From the NCBI GenBank assembly GCA_041690595.1, contig JAWLHB010000053.1, positions 1 to 55,056 of the forward strand: a stretch of 55,056 bases of DNA. The letters are read 5' to 3'. The notes under the pieces are model-generated. The model was not told the origin of the DNA. It saw only the letters and a program-made list of their open reading frames with translations, and made no database searches. How positions within the stretch are numbered: position 1 is the first letter of the stretch; every line of letters begins with the position of its first letter. The DNA is from Lentisphaeria bacterium. GTDB lineage: Bacteria; Verrucomicrobiota; Lentisphaeria; JABSQK01; JAWLHB01. Made by a program: the position numbers and the translations under genes. Positions 20,470 through 29,769 of this stretch are shown here, piece by piece.

Positions 20470-21585
20470 TCAGGGCAGACTCCACCGCGAATAAAGCAGT
20501 GAACACTTCTCCCCGGCGGCCGCCTTCTGATAGTAGACCGAGATCAGGCTCCCGTCGCCAAGCTCAACGGTCGACGGATAGCCCAGATCGCTGTCCGGGC
20601 CATCGTCCCGGAGTATCCAGTCGTGATCCCAGCTTCCACCATCGTCATGGCTGAAGGCCACGCGCTGACCGAAGGGGGCCTGCCGGTAACCGTAGGTGAG
20701 CACGAGCACCCCCGAAGAATGGCGCATCAGGTGCGGCGGGGAGCCATGGAAGCCCAGAGGCCGCGCCGCCGTCCAGCTCTTCCCCCCATCGTCGGACTCC
20801 GTCTGCATCATGCTGAAGGTGGGAATGCCCGACTCCGTCAGCTCCGCACCCGCGTGACTCTGAATCCGGATGATACCGATCAGCCGGCCCGAAGGAAGCT
20901 CCACCAGATGCGGCTCATGGTAGTTGGCCGCCTCCGTAAGCGGATGCAGTTGCACCTCGCCAAGCACCGACCAGGAGCGGCCGTTGTCCCCGCTTCGGGC
21001 TGCCTGAATACCGCGCCGACGCTTCGCATCGCCACCCGTCCAGAAGTCCTTCCCAAGGTAAAGCAGCTCCCCGCTCTGCAAGCGGATCGGGCCATGCGGC
21101 GCCGATACCGGTACGGGCAAAGCCTCACTCCAAGTGCTGCCGCCATCCTCGCTGACCGCCACCCAGGAACCAACCAGCCTGCTGACCTCCTCATCCTTCC
21201 ACATCGCAAAGATCGCGGTCCACGTGCGCCGCTCCTCATCCGGCAGCCAGCTGGCATTGGCATACTGGCGCGTATCGCTGCGGAACCAGGAGACCAGCAC
21301 CTTCTTCCCGCCCAGATTCACGATTCCCGCGTCCCGATCGTCGATCGCCGAATTCTGGATCACCCGGGGTTCCGACCAGCTCGAACCATCATCCGTGCTG
21401 ACATGCAGAACGGTCTTGCCGAAGGGGCAGACATGCTCGGCTCGCAGTCCCGAGCAGGCGACCATCAGGGTTCCATCGTCCAGCCGCGCTACCGTCGGCC
21501 AGCCGAAGTAGCCAAGCCGTTCCCCTGGTATCCTTCCAATTGTGCCATGGCTGCCACTGAGCCGCTTCTCCATGATTGAAGTCAT
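20470..21585 (-). CDS. BNR/Asp-box sialidase-family beta-propeller hydrolase
   Basis: Five Asp-boxes (STDDGSSW, SEDGGSTW, SGDNGRSW, SDDGGKSW, SHDDGGSW), FGWP N-terminal motif and GYPS C-terminal motif. No signal peptide. Confidence 0.85.
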   Translation of the reverse strand: MTSIMEKRLSGSHGTIGRIPGERLGYFGWPTVARLDDGTLMVACSGLRAEHVCPFGKTVLHVSTDDGSSWSEPRVIQNSAIDDRDAGIVNLGGKKVLVSWFRSDTRQYANASWLPDEERRTWTAIFAMWKDEEVSRLVGSWVAVSEDGGSTWSEALPVPVSAPHGPIRLQSGELLYLGKDFWTGGDAKRRRGIQAARSGDNGRSWSVLGEVQLHPLTEAANYHEPHLVELPSGRLIGIIRIQSHAGAELTESGIPTFSMMQTESDDGGKSWTAARPLGFHGSPPHLMRHSSGVLVLTYGYRQAPFGQRVAFSHDDGGSWDHDWILRDDGPDSDLGYPSTVELGDGSLISVYYQKAAAGEKCSLLYSRWSLP

Positions 21586-21591
21586 CCCTGC

Positions 21592-22869
21592 TTACGGCGT
21601 GATCGGTTTGACGACAAGCGAATGCTCGACCGGCTTGACCATCTCCGCGGCCAGCCGGGCCAGCTCCTCCTGGCGCTGCCAGAGCTTCCCTGCCAGCGTC
21701 TCCACGGCACCTTTCACCTCCGCATCCTCCGGAAAAAGCGTGCCCAGCGTCGCATGGTTGGTGATGTGCTGCTTGATCATCGTCGTCTCGAAGGCCTGCT
21801 TGACGGCTACGGCCCGCTCCACACCCGAAAACGCAACCGCCAGCGGGCTGTCCAGAAACTCAGCCGCCAGGTTGATCCCCGTCTCCAGTTGCTCCTTGCT
21901 GAAAACCTTCGCCTCGTCTCCCCATGTCACCTCGGCACTCTCCGCCGGCAGATTCCTGACGGTCAGCGTCAGTCGGTTCAACTCCTCGTTGAAAGGCAGA
22001 AAGGGCAGGATGCTGCGCGTCCCTTCCGACGTCGAGGGTGGGCCGGTGAAGCAGAAGGGATAGCGGCTGCTCTCCAACCGAATCTCCCCATCCTTGGCCC
22101 CAAGGACTCGATGTCCATTGACGGCAGTCGCCTCGCCCGTGAAATCGATCGAGATGTTCCCCAGATCGCCGTCGAAGCCGAGCGCCTTCAGGAAAGCATG
22201 CGCCATGGCGAGATGGCCGTTGGGCCGGGGATGAACGCCATCGCGGCCGCCGACGTCATAGGCGTCGCCCAGCTCTGCCTTTGCCTTGACCATGGCCCCC
22301 ATCATCGTGTCGTGCACGTTGGCGAAGGGCATGCCATGCTCCTTGGCGATCTCCCGCGCAATGTCCCGCAATTGTGCCAGATTGTCATTGTAGACAGAGG
22401 CCGCGGTATCCCGCTTGAAGTAGGTCGAGTCGACCACCCCGGGCGACCCCACGACGACCGTCGCGCCGGCCTCCTTCAGGCGCGTCACGATCTCGCGCAT
22501 GGGATCTCCATACGCCTTGCCGATTTCCTCCGTGTAGGCGCGATAGCTCCCGTCGTTCATGCCGTAACAGGTCGTCACGAATTCGGGCGCGAACTGCCCC
22601 AGGTCGTTCTCCATCCGGCGCAGAAATCCGCTTGCCCTTTCCCCGCCCCAGCCGAACTGCATGACCCGCGCCTTGAGCTGCGGTTGGCAGCAGAGCAGGT
22701 AAAGCTCGATGTACCGGCTGTACAGCTTCTGCTCCGTGATCGAGTCGCCGACGATCGCAAGCCGTTGCCCCGCCTTCATCAGGGGTTCTTCCCCGCGCCC
22801 ATTCCACGAGGTCAGGCAGACGAGGGCGAGGATCAGCAGGTAGTGGTGACTCGGCATGCGACGCTTCAT
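21592..22869 (-). CDS. Secreted SGNH/GDSL hydrolase (carbohydrate esterase-like)
   Basis: Signal peptide and SGNH blocks GDSITE, GWGG, GMND, DGVHP. Confidence 0.88.
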   Translation of the reverse strand: MKRRMPSHHYLLILALVCLTSWNGRGEEPLMKAGQRLAIVGDSITEQKLYSRYIELYLLCCQPQLKARVMQFGWGGERASGFLRRMENDLGQFAPEFVTTCYGMNDGSYRAYTEEIGKAYGDPMREIVTRLKEAGATVVVGSPGVVDSTYFKRDTAASVYNDNLAQLRDIAREIAKEHGMPFANVHDTMMGAMVKAKAELGDAYDVGGRDGVHPRPNGHLAMAHAFLKALGFDGDLGNISIDFTGEATAVNGHRVLGAKDGEIRLESSRYPFCFTGPPSTSEGTRSILPFLPFNEELNRLTLTVRNLPAESAEVTWGDEAKVFSKEQLETGINLAAEFLDSPLAVAFSGVERAVAVKQAFETTMIKQHITNHATLGTLFPEDAEVKGAVETLAGKLWQRQEELARLAAEMVKPVEHSLVVKPITP

Positions 22870-23000
22870 GGGGCTCTCCTGTGGGTTGAGGTCGACAGCG
22901 AAAAGAGTAGATTACGGCATTGGTGCTGAATTTGCAAAGTGATGACGGTATAGTGCTCAACCTTTCTTCTCTTCCTTGAAACCTCGACCCGTGAGTCCTC

Positions 23001-24158
23001 ATGAGCATCAATTGGCTTGCCGAAGCATGCGACCTGCCGCCGGACCCTGTAAGCGGCGCCCACATCACCCGCCTTACCAGCGCCCCCTGCATCAACAACA
23101 ACGTCTATTGCGAACAACCCTATTGTTCCGCTGACGGTTCGCGGGCGACGGTGGTCCGTATCGACCGCTTTGTCGGGCCTGCCGATCATGGACTGCTGGC
23201 CGCCGATCTCGATCGACTCAAGCTCCATGAGATCGACACCATCCACCCCGGCGGCGAAGTCGCCACCTCCGCCTGGAGTGGCTGGATCTATTACAGCCGG
23301 CGACAGGGCGAACTCATGCGCGTCTCTCTCGACTCCCTCAAGAAGGAGGTCGTCCTCACCCAGACCGGACTTCCGCCCGACTCCCGCATCGCTTCCATCT
23401 CTCCCGATCTTCAGCATGCGGCCGTCCGCGTCGTGCTGCCCGGACCCACCATCGGCATCCTCCAGCTCGATCTCACTACGGGTGAGCAGACTACCCTCTT
23501 CACCCACCCGGAGATCGTCAATCCCCACCTGCAATACAACCCGGTCCATGGCCGCCAGTTGCTTGTCCAGCACAATCGCGGCTCCCGCATGTCGCCCGAT
23601 GGCAAGATCCTCCAGAGCGTCAGCGAACAGGGCACCACCTTGTTCACCGTCGATACCGCCACCGGCAAAACGACCCCACTCCCCGTAGGCCCCCCCCACA
23701 CGGCCGCCGCCACCGGTCATGAATGCTTCCGCGCCGATACCGGACGCGTCGGCTTTACCGTCTCCTGGAATCATGCCGACTGGAGCCTCGACGACCGATT
23801 TCCCCGCGGCAATCTCTTCACCGCCGCCCCCGGAGACGACGCTCCCACCCCCTTTGCCGCTCCGGAGCACCGCTTCAACCATCTCTGCATCTCCCGTTGC
23901 GGCCGCTATTTCCTCTGCGACTCCTATCCGGATCGCTACCTTCAGAAGATCCCCCTGGTCATCGGCAATTTCGACACGGGCAAATACGCCACGCTGCTGG
24001 ACCACTGCGGCGCCTGCGGCGGCGGGGCACAGTATACCCATCCCCACGCCTATTTCACCACCGACCTCCGCCACGTCATCTACAATGCCGATCCTTTCGG
24101 CATCCCCCACGTCTTCAAAGCCACCATCCCTGCAGGCTTCCTGAGCGCTCTTGACTGA
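23001..24158 (+). CDS. Oligogalacturonate-lyase-like (PL22/Ogl-like) beta-propeller protein
   Basis: DPVSGAHITRLT start, NHLCIS and C-terminal THPHAYFT, a pattern typical of Ogl/TolB-like propellers. No signal peptide. Confidence 0.6.
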   Translation: MSINWLAEACDLPPDPVSGAHITRLTSAPCINNNVYCEQPYCSADGSRATVVRIDRFVGPADHGLLAADLDRLKLHEIDTIHPGGEVATSAWSGWIYYSRRQGELMRVSLDSLKKEVVLTQTGLPPDSRIASISPDLQHAAVRVVLPGPTIGILQLDLTTGEQTTLFTHPEIVNPHLQYNPVHGRQLLVQHNRGSRMSPDGKILQSVSEQGTTLFTVDTATGKTTPLPVGPPHTAAATGHECFRADTGRVGFTVSWNHADWSLDDRFPRGNLFTAAPGDDAPTPFAAPEHRFNHLCISRCGRYFLCDSYPDRYLQKIPLVIGNFDTGKYATLLDHCGACGGGAQYTHPHAYFTTDLRHVIYNADPFGIPHVFKATIPAGFLSALD

Positions 24159-24167
24159 GCCTCATCC

Positions 24168-24188
24168 ACTGCGCAAGATTTGCGCAGT
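24168..24188. promoter_or_regulatory. Palindrome ACTGCGCAA-GAT-TTGCGCAGT: candidate enhancer (UAS) for a sigma54 activator
   Basis: Perfect 9-bp inverted repeat ~110 bp upstream of a sigma54 -24/-12 site, with TGCGCA-N5-TGCGCA geometry similar to NtrC-class sites. It could instead be a terminator stem for the upstream gene, but has no U-tract. Confidence 0.55.
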
Positions 24189-24293
24189 TGCCCCTCCTGG
24201 CCCGTGAAGGGATTGCAGGGGAGCTGCCGCCGGCGTCGCATCTCCAGCGACCCGGCGGCTATCCCAGCCTCGGTTCCGCTCCTCATGCCTCAC

Positions 24294-24310
24294 TTGGCAC
24301 AGGGGCTGCT
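24294..24310 (+). promoter_or_regulatory. Sigma54 (-24/-12) promoter
   Basis: TTGGCACAGGGGCTGCT gives TGGCAC with exact GG-N10-GC spacing, 74 bp before the first gene of an operon that ends in a sigma54-dependent activator. Confidence 0.8.
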
Positions 24311-24383
24311 ATAGGAGAAAGTCCGACGCGGCAAGAGTTTGTCGCGCCTCCCCCCGGATCACGACTAACTCCCAAGGAATCAC

Positions 24384-24851
24384 ATGATGCGAACCGTACG
24401 AAGACTCTCACTGATGCTGCTGGCCCTCATCTCCATGCAAAGCCTCGCCCAGGATGGCGGTCGCGGCGGCCGTGGAAACTTCGACCCCGCCCAGATGCAG
24501 GAGCGCATGCTCTCCTTCCAGAAAGAACAACTGGCCATCGCCGACGAGGAGTGGGAAGCCATCAAGCCCCTCATGGTCGCCGTCATGGAGAAGCAGCGCG
24601 ATGCTCGCGAGCTGCAGAATCGCGGCTTTGGACGCAATCGCGGCGGCGACCGCACCCAGGCACCCGAAGTTGAAGCCCTCACCAAGGCTCTCGAAGGCGA
24701 CGATACCGCAGCCATCAAGACCGCGATGGAGGCCCTGCGCGCCGCTCGTGCCGCTCGACAGGCCGAAGTCAAGAAGGCTCAGGATGCCTTGCGCGAAGTG
24801 TTGACCCTTCAGCAGGAAGCCAAGCTGGTCTCCGCCGGGTTCCTCGAATAA
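24384..24851 (+). CDS. Small periplasmic helical protein (Spy/CpxP/ZraP-like by composition)
   Basis: 155 aa with signal peptide (SLA|Q), Gly/Arg-rich segments, all-helical pattern and C-terminal LTLQQ resembling LTxxQ. Confidence 0.65.
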   Translation: MMRTVRRLSLMLLALISMQSLAQDGGRGGRGNFDPAQMQERMLSFQKEQLAIADEEWEAIKPLMVAVMEKQRDARELQNRGFGRNRGGDRTQAPEVEALTKALEGDDTAAIKTAMEALRAARAARQAEVKKAQDALREVLTLQQEAKLVSAGFLE

Positions 24852-24875
24852 CGACTGCCTGAGTTGGAAAAGGCC

Positions 24876-26570
24876 ATGCACCCACTGCTGATCCCCTTCA
24901 TCGAAGCGCGCCAATTGCCCGAACCCGACGCCGTCACCCTGACGGAGCGCCTGGAGGCCGATGCGACCCGCGTCCCGCCGGACGAGGTGGAGATTCTGCG
25001 CTGGTTGAGTGGGGAGTACGGGCTGGCCTTTTCCGACTTGGAAGACATCGTCCCCGATCCGCGCCTCATCGCCCTCTTTCCCGTGCGGCTCCTCCTCGCC
25101 CACGACCTGCTCCCTCTCCGCCGGGTCGATGACCAGGTCCATGTCGCCACCGCCCGCCTCGCCGATACTCGCGGACTCGACCTCCTCCGCTCCCAGACCG
25201 GCCTCCGCCTCGTCCCCGTCCTCGCCCCCCTCGAAGCCCTTCGCAAGCGCATCAAGGAGCACCTCGGCGTCGGCGCCGATACCCTCGACAGCATCGAGCG
25301 CGAATCCCAGTTACGCGTCGTCGATGACGATGCCCAGGAAGATGTCGACCTCGACAACATCGCCCAGGATGCCTCCATCGTCCGCTTCGTCAACCAGATC
25401 CTGGCCGATGCCATCGCCCAGCGCGCTACCGACGTGCACCTCGAGCCCTTTGAAGACGAACTCCAGGTGCGCTACCGCGTTGACGGCGTCCTGCTCGACG
25501 TGCCCGTCCCCGCCCAGATCAAGCGTTACCAGCCAGCCATCGTCTCCCGTGTCAAGATCCTCAGTAATCTGGATATCGCCGAGAAGCGCGTCCCCCAGGA
25601 CGGACGCATCAAGATCAAGCTGCAGCGCGAAGAGGTCGATGTCCGCGTCTCCATCATCCCGATGGTGCATGGCGAAGCCGTCGTCCTGCGCCTCCTTCAC
25701 CAGGCGACCGCCTTGGGTGGCCTCGAAGCGCTCTCCATGGATGAGCGCGAGAAGGCCATGATGCATCGCGTCCTGCGCCTGCCCCATGGCATCGTCCTCG
25801 TCACCGGCCCCACCGGCAGCGGCAAGACCACCACCCTCTACGCCGCCCTCCAGGAGATCAACGACATCGAACGCAAGATCATCACCATCGAGGATCCCGT
25901 CGAGTATCGGGTCAAGGGCATCAACCAGATTCAGATCGCCGAGAAGGCTGGCCTCACCTTCGCCCGCGGCCTGCGCGCTATTCTCCGCCATGACCCGGAC
26001 GTTGTCCTCGTCGGCGAAATCCGCGACAGCGAAACCGCCCGCATCGCCGTGCAGGCATCCCTGACCGGCCACCTCGTCTTCTCCACCCTCCATACCAACG
26101 ACGCCCCCGGCGCCCTGACCCGGCTGATGGACATGGGCGTCGAACCCTACCTCGTTGCCTCCTCGGTCGACACCGTCGTCGCCCAGCGCCTCGTGCGCGT
26201 CCTCTGCCGCACCTGCCGCCAGATCGACATCTCCGCCGAGGCCCAGCGCTTCCGCGCGGATCTGAAACTGGAGGAAAGCGTCGTTCTCTATCGCGCCGTC
26301 GGCTGTCCGCACTGCCGCGAAACCGGTTACCAGGGACGCCGCGCCATCTTCGAGATCTTTGCCGTGACCGAAGAGATGCGCCAACTGCTCCTTGCCAACC
26401 GCTCCACCGGAGAACTGCGCGTGGCTGCCCGCAAACACGGCATGCGCTCCCTGCGTGAGGATGGCCTGCGCCTGGTCCGCGAAGGCATCACCTCCGTCGA
26501 AGAAGTAGTCCGCGTCACCGCCGAAGGCGAAGAGCAGGCAGTGGCCCCTGTCGCCGGGGAAGGAGGCTGA
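24876..26570 (+). CDS. gspE: Type II secretion ATPase GspE/PulE
   Basis: Walker A GPTGSGKTTT, IAEKRVPQDGR, TIEDPVE, LRHDPD, GEIRD, TGHLVFSTLHTN, CxxC...CxxC. Confidence 0.93.
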   Translation: MHPLLIPFIEARQLPEPDAVTLTERLEADATRVPPDEVEILRWLSGEYGLAFSDLEDIVPDPRLIALFPVRLLLAHDLLPLRRVDDQVHVATARLADTRGLDLLRSQTGLRLVPVLAPLEALRKRIKEHLGVGADTLDSIERESQLRVVDDDAQEDVDLDNIAQDASIVRFVNQILADAIAQRATDVHLEPFEDELQVRYRVDGVLLDVPVPAQIKRYQPAIVSRVKILSNLDIAEKRVPQDGRIKIKLQREEVDVRVSIIPMVHGEAVVLRLLHQATALGGLEALSMDEREKAMMHRVLRLPHGIVLVTGPTGSGKTTTLYAALQEINDIERKIITIEDPVEYRVKGINQIQIAEKAGLTFARGLRAILRHDPDVVLVGEIRDSETARIAVQASLTGHLVFSTLHTNDAPGALTRLMDMGVEPYLVASSVDTVVAQRLVRVLCRTCRQIDISAEAQRFRADLKLEESVVLYRAVGCPHCRETGYQGRRAIFEIFAVTEEMRQLLLANRSTGELRVAARKHGMRSLREDGLRLVREGITSVEEVVRVTAEGEEQAVAPVAGEGG

Positions 26571-26574
26571 ATCC

Positions 26575-27789
26575 ATGGGAGCCTTTCATTACAAAGCCTT
26601 GCGTGACGACGGCACCATCACCACCGGCCAGCTCGACGTGGGCGGCCGCCAGGAAGCGTTGCGCCAGCTCTCCCGCCAGGGTCTCCAGTTGCTGGCACTG
26701 GAAGAGGGCGCCGTGGCGTCCCCCTCCACCGGCTTCTCCCTCGCCCGCAAGGGCGTCTCCAGCAAGGTGCTGGAAACCTTCACCCGCCAGCTTTCCAGCC
26801 TCCTCGCTGCCGGCGTCCCCCTCTCCCAGGCGCTCCACCTGCTGGCCCACGAAGACGAAGTCGGCCCCCAGCGCTCCCGCTGGCAGGCACTCCATGAGGA
26901 CGTCATCGATGGTTGCTCCCTTGCCCAGGCCATGAACAACCAGCCCACCGTCTTCCCCCATGTCTATTCCGCCATGGTCAAGGCTGGCGAGACGGGTGGA
27001 TTCCTCGACCTCGTTCTGCGCCAGATCGCCGGTTTCCAGAACCGCGACCGCGAACTGCGCTCGAAAGCCTACGGCGCCATGATCTATCCCGCCGTCCTCG
27101 CCACCCTCTCGTTGGCCGTCCTCATCTTCCTCATGGTCTTCTTCATTCCCCGCTTCCAGGGCATCTTCTCCGACTTCGGCGCCGCCCTCCCGCCGCTCAC
27201 CCGCCTCATCGTCAATGCCAGCCTGCTGCTCAAGAGCTACGGCATCTTCCTCCTCGCCGCCATTGTTGCGCTCATCGTGGGCAGCCGCCAATTCCTCGCC
27301 AGCCACCGCGGGCGTCTCTGGAAGGAGCGCCGCATCCTCCGACTGCCGGTTATCGGGCGCGTCGCCTCCCAGTTCGCCATGACCCGTTTCTGCCGCCTGC
27401 TCGGCACCCTCACTCAGGCCGGCGTCCCCCTCATCAGCGCCCTGCGCGTTGCCCGCGAAGCCATCGGCAACCAGATCCTCAGCGACGCCGTCGATGCCGC
27501 CGTCGACCGCGTCCAGCATGGCGACCGTCTGGGGGACAGCCTCGCCACCTGCCCCATGCTCTTCTCCCGCTCCACCGTCGCCATGATCAGCGTCGCCGAA
27601 CAATCCGGCCGTCTGGCCGAGGAGCTTCTCCGCATCGCCGACGACGCCGAGCAGGAACTCGACCGGCGCCTCCGCGTCGCCGTGGCCCTGGCCGAGCCCG
27701 CCCTCCTATTCGTCATGGCTGCCTTTGTCGGACTCATCGTGATCGGCATGGTGCTGCCCATTTTCGCCATCCAGGACTACATCCAATAA
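26575..27789 (+). CDS. gspF: Type II secretion inner-membrane platform protein GspF
   Basis: Motifs FTRQLSSLLAAGVPL, AGETGG, AMIYP, AEQSG, AEP and transmembrane segments. Confidence 0.93.
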   Translation: MGAFHYKALRDDGTITTGQLDVGGRQEALRQLSRQGLQLLALEEGAVASPSTGFSLARKGVSSKVLETFTRQLSSLLAAGVPLSQALHLLAHEDEVGPQRSRWQALHEDVIDGCSLAQAMNNQPTVFPHVYSAMVKAGETGGFLDLVLRQIAGFQNRDRELRSKAYGAMIYPAVLATLSLAVLIFLMVFFIPRFQGIFSDFGAALPPLTRLIVNASLLLKSYGIFLLAAIVALIVGSRQFLASHRGRLWKERRILRLPVIGRVASQFAMTRFCRLLGTLTQAGVPLISALRVAREAIGNQILSDAVDAAVDRVQHGDRLGDSLATCPMLFSRSTVAMISVAEQSGRLAEELLRIADDAEQELDRRLRVAVALAEPALLFVMAAFVGLIVIGMVLPIFAIQDYIQ

Positions 27790-27804
27790 CTCAAGGGGAA
27801 TCCC

Positions 27805-28245
27805 ATGAAGAATACCCACCGCTCCCACCGCCTGACTCGCTCTGGCTTCACCATGGTCGAGCTGCTGCTTGTCCTGGTCATCCTGGCTACCCTGGCCGCC
27901 ATCGTCGTCCCCAAGTTCACCGGGCGTTCCAAGCAGGCCAGGATCACCGCCGCCCAGACCGAGATCAGCTCGGTCGAGGTGGCCCTCGACGCATTCGAGG
28001 TCGACAACGGCTATTACCCCCAAGGTAGCGACGCCCTCCTGCAACTGGTCGAACGCCCCGCCGACAACCCCAACTGGCGCGGACCGTACCTGAAGAAGGC
28101 CGTCACCAACGATCCCTGGGGCAACCCCTACATCTTCGAGAGCCCCGGCCGCTACAATGTCGACGGCTACGACCTCTATTCCATGGGCCCCGACGGCAAG
28201 GTCGGCGGCGATGACGACATCACCAACTGGAATCAGGAACCCTGA
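27805..28245 (+). CDS. gspG: Major pseudopilin GspG
   Basis: Motifs GFTMVELLLV, WRGPYL, DPWGNPY, SMGPDG, DDITNW. Confidence 0.95.
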   Translation: MKNTHRSHRLTRSGFTMVELLLVLVILATLAAIVVPKFTGRSKQARITAAQTEISSVEVALDAFEVDNGYYPQGSDALLQLVERPADNPNWRGPYLKKAVTNDPWGNPYIFESPGRYNVDGYDLYSMGPDGKVGGDDDITNWNQEP

Positions 28246-28247
28246 AC

Positions 28248-28742
28248 GTGAAGAGCGCCCGGACATACCGCTTCTCGCTCCTCGAGCTGATCGTGGTGAT
28301 GGTCTTGCTGACCATCGGCACCGCTCTTGTCGCGCCCCGGCTGACCGGCTTCTTTCAGGGACGTCGACTGGACGACGAGGCGCGCCGCCTCTGGGCATTG
28401 TCCCGCTTTGCCCGCGAGGAAGCGATCCGCCATGCCGTCCCCGTGCGCCTCTGGATCGACAACGAGAATGGCCAGTACGGCGCCGACTCCCTCCCAGGAT
28501 ATGGCCACGAGATGACGCCCCGTACCTATGACCTGCCGCCCCATCTGTCCATCTTCGCCGTCCTGACCGCGGACGCGCAGGTCCCCGAGGCTGCCCTTAC
28601 CTGGTGGCCCGACGGAAGTTTGACCCGCGGCAGCGCCGAAGCGATCGTTGTCGAAGACAACCGCAACCCCACGGATGCGTGGCGGCTCGCGCGGCAGATC
28701 CCTCTCCCCCTCTTCATCCTCGAAAGGGAGAACGCACCATGA
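28248..28742 (+). CDS. gspH: Minor pseudopilin GspH-like
   Basis: RFSLLELIVV N-terminus, AREEAI motif, positioned directly after gspG. Confidence 0.75.
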   Translation: MKSARTYRFSLLELIVVMVLLTIGTALVAPRLTGFFQGRRLDDEARRLWALSRFAREEAIRHAVPVRLWIDNENGQYGADSLPGYGHEMTPRTYDLPPHLSIFAVLTADAQVPEAALTWWPDGSLTRGSAEAIVVEDNRNPTDAWRLARQIPLPLFILERENAP

Positions 28743-29113
28743 CCCGAAGGAGATTCACTCTGGCTGAGGTCCTGGTCGCCGTCATGGTCATCGGGCTCCT
28801 CGTGCCCATTGCCCTGCGCGCCCTCATGATCGACTCCCGGCTGGATCAGCAGGCTGCCCAGCGACAGGAAGCCGCCGGACTGGCCGACTTCAAGCTGCGC
28901 GCCCTCCTCGTGACCGGCGACTGGCGCGATGCCGAATCCAGCGGCGATTTCGGCGACGACTATCCCGGCTACACATGGGAACTCCAGACCGATGACTGGA
29001 CCGAGGGCGACATCACCCTCCGCCTCCTCCAACTAACCGTCCGCGGCCCTGGCGGCGCGGACCGCACGGCCGTCACCCTGACCACCCTGGCGCCTGAATC
29101 GGAGGAGCTCTGA
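28739..29113 (+). CDS. gspI: Minor pseudopilin GspI-like
   Basis: MTRRRFTLAEVLVA start; ATGA overlap with gspH; short. Confidence 0.75.
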   Translation: MTRRRFTLAEVLVAVMVIGLLVPIALRALMIDSRLDQQAAQRQEAAGLADFKLRALLVTGDWRDAESSGDFGDDYPGYTWELQTDDWTEGDITLRLLQLTVRGPGGADRTAVTLTTLAPESEEL

Positions 29114-29769
29114 TGCGTCGCTCCCGCTTCACACTGCTGGAACTGTTGACCGCGGCAATGGCCTCCGCCGTCCTGATGGCGGCGTTGCTCACCGTGGTCG
29201 CGGTTGCCTGGAAGCTCCAGGAGCGAGCCGTGGATCGCCAGGCGGTCGCCGTGCCGCGCGACGCCGTCTCCCGCCTGATGCGTGGCGATCTGCTGGCTGC
29301 CGTGCCCCCCAATGGCATCCTCGCCGGCCCGTTGCTGGCCGAGGCTGTCGAGGTCGGCGATCAGCGCACCGATACCCTCGAATTCGTGGCGGCCATCGGT
29401 GGTGCCGCTTGGGAGCAGGTCGGTCCTGAGCTGGCAAAGATCAACTACTACCTGCTGGAGAGAGATACGCCCGGAGAATATGACCTGATCAGAACCGAAG
29501 AGTCGAACCTCCTGGCGGTCGAGATCGAAGAGCCGGAAGAGATCGTCCTCCTCCGCGGCGTGGTGGGCTTCGAGCTGAATTTCCATGATGGGACTGACTG
29601 GGTGACCGGATGGGATTCCACCGTGCAGGAGAACCAGTTGCCCGTCGCCGTGCAGGTGCGGATTCTCTTTGCCGAGCGTGATGGCCGCATCCCGTTGCCA
29701 CTGGCGCTGGTGCTTCCTTTCGAGGCGCGGAGCCTGCTGGCCGCCGTCGCGGGAGGGCAGACGCCATGA
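29113..29769 (+). CDS. gspJ: Minor pseudopilin GspJ-like
   Basis: RFTLLELL start, WVTGWDS...LPVAVQV C-terminal motif, TGATG overlap. Confidence 0.8.
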   Translation: MRRSRFTLLELLTAAMASAVLMAALLTVVAVAWKLQERAVDRQAVAVPRDAVSRLMRGDLLAAVPPNGILAGPLLAEAVEVGDQRTDTLEFVAAIGGAAWEQVGPELAKINYYLLERDTPGEYDLIRTEESNLLAVEIEEPEEIVLLRGVVGFELNFHDGTDWVTGWDSTVQENQLPVAVQVRILFAERDGRIPLPLALVLPFEARSLLAAVAGGQTP

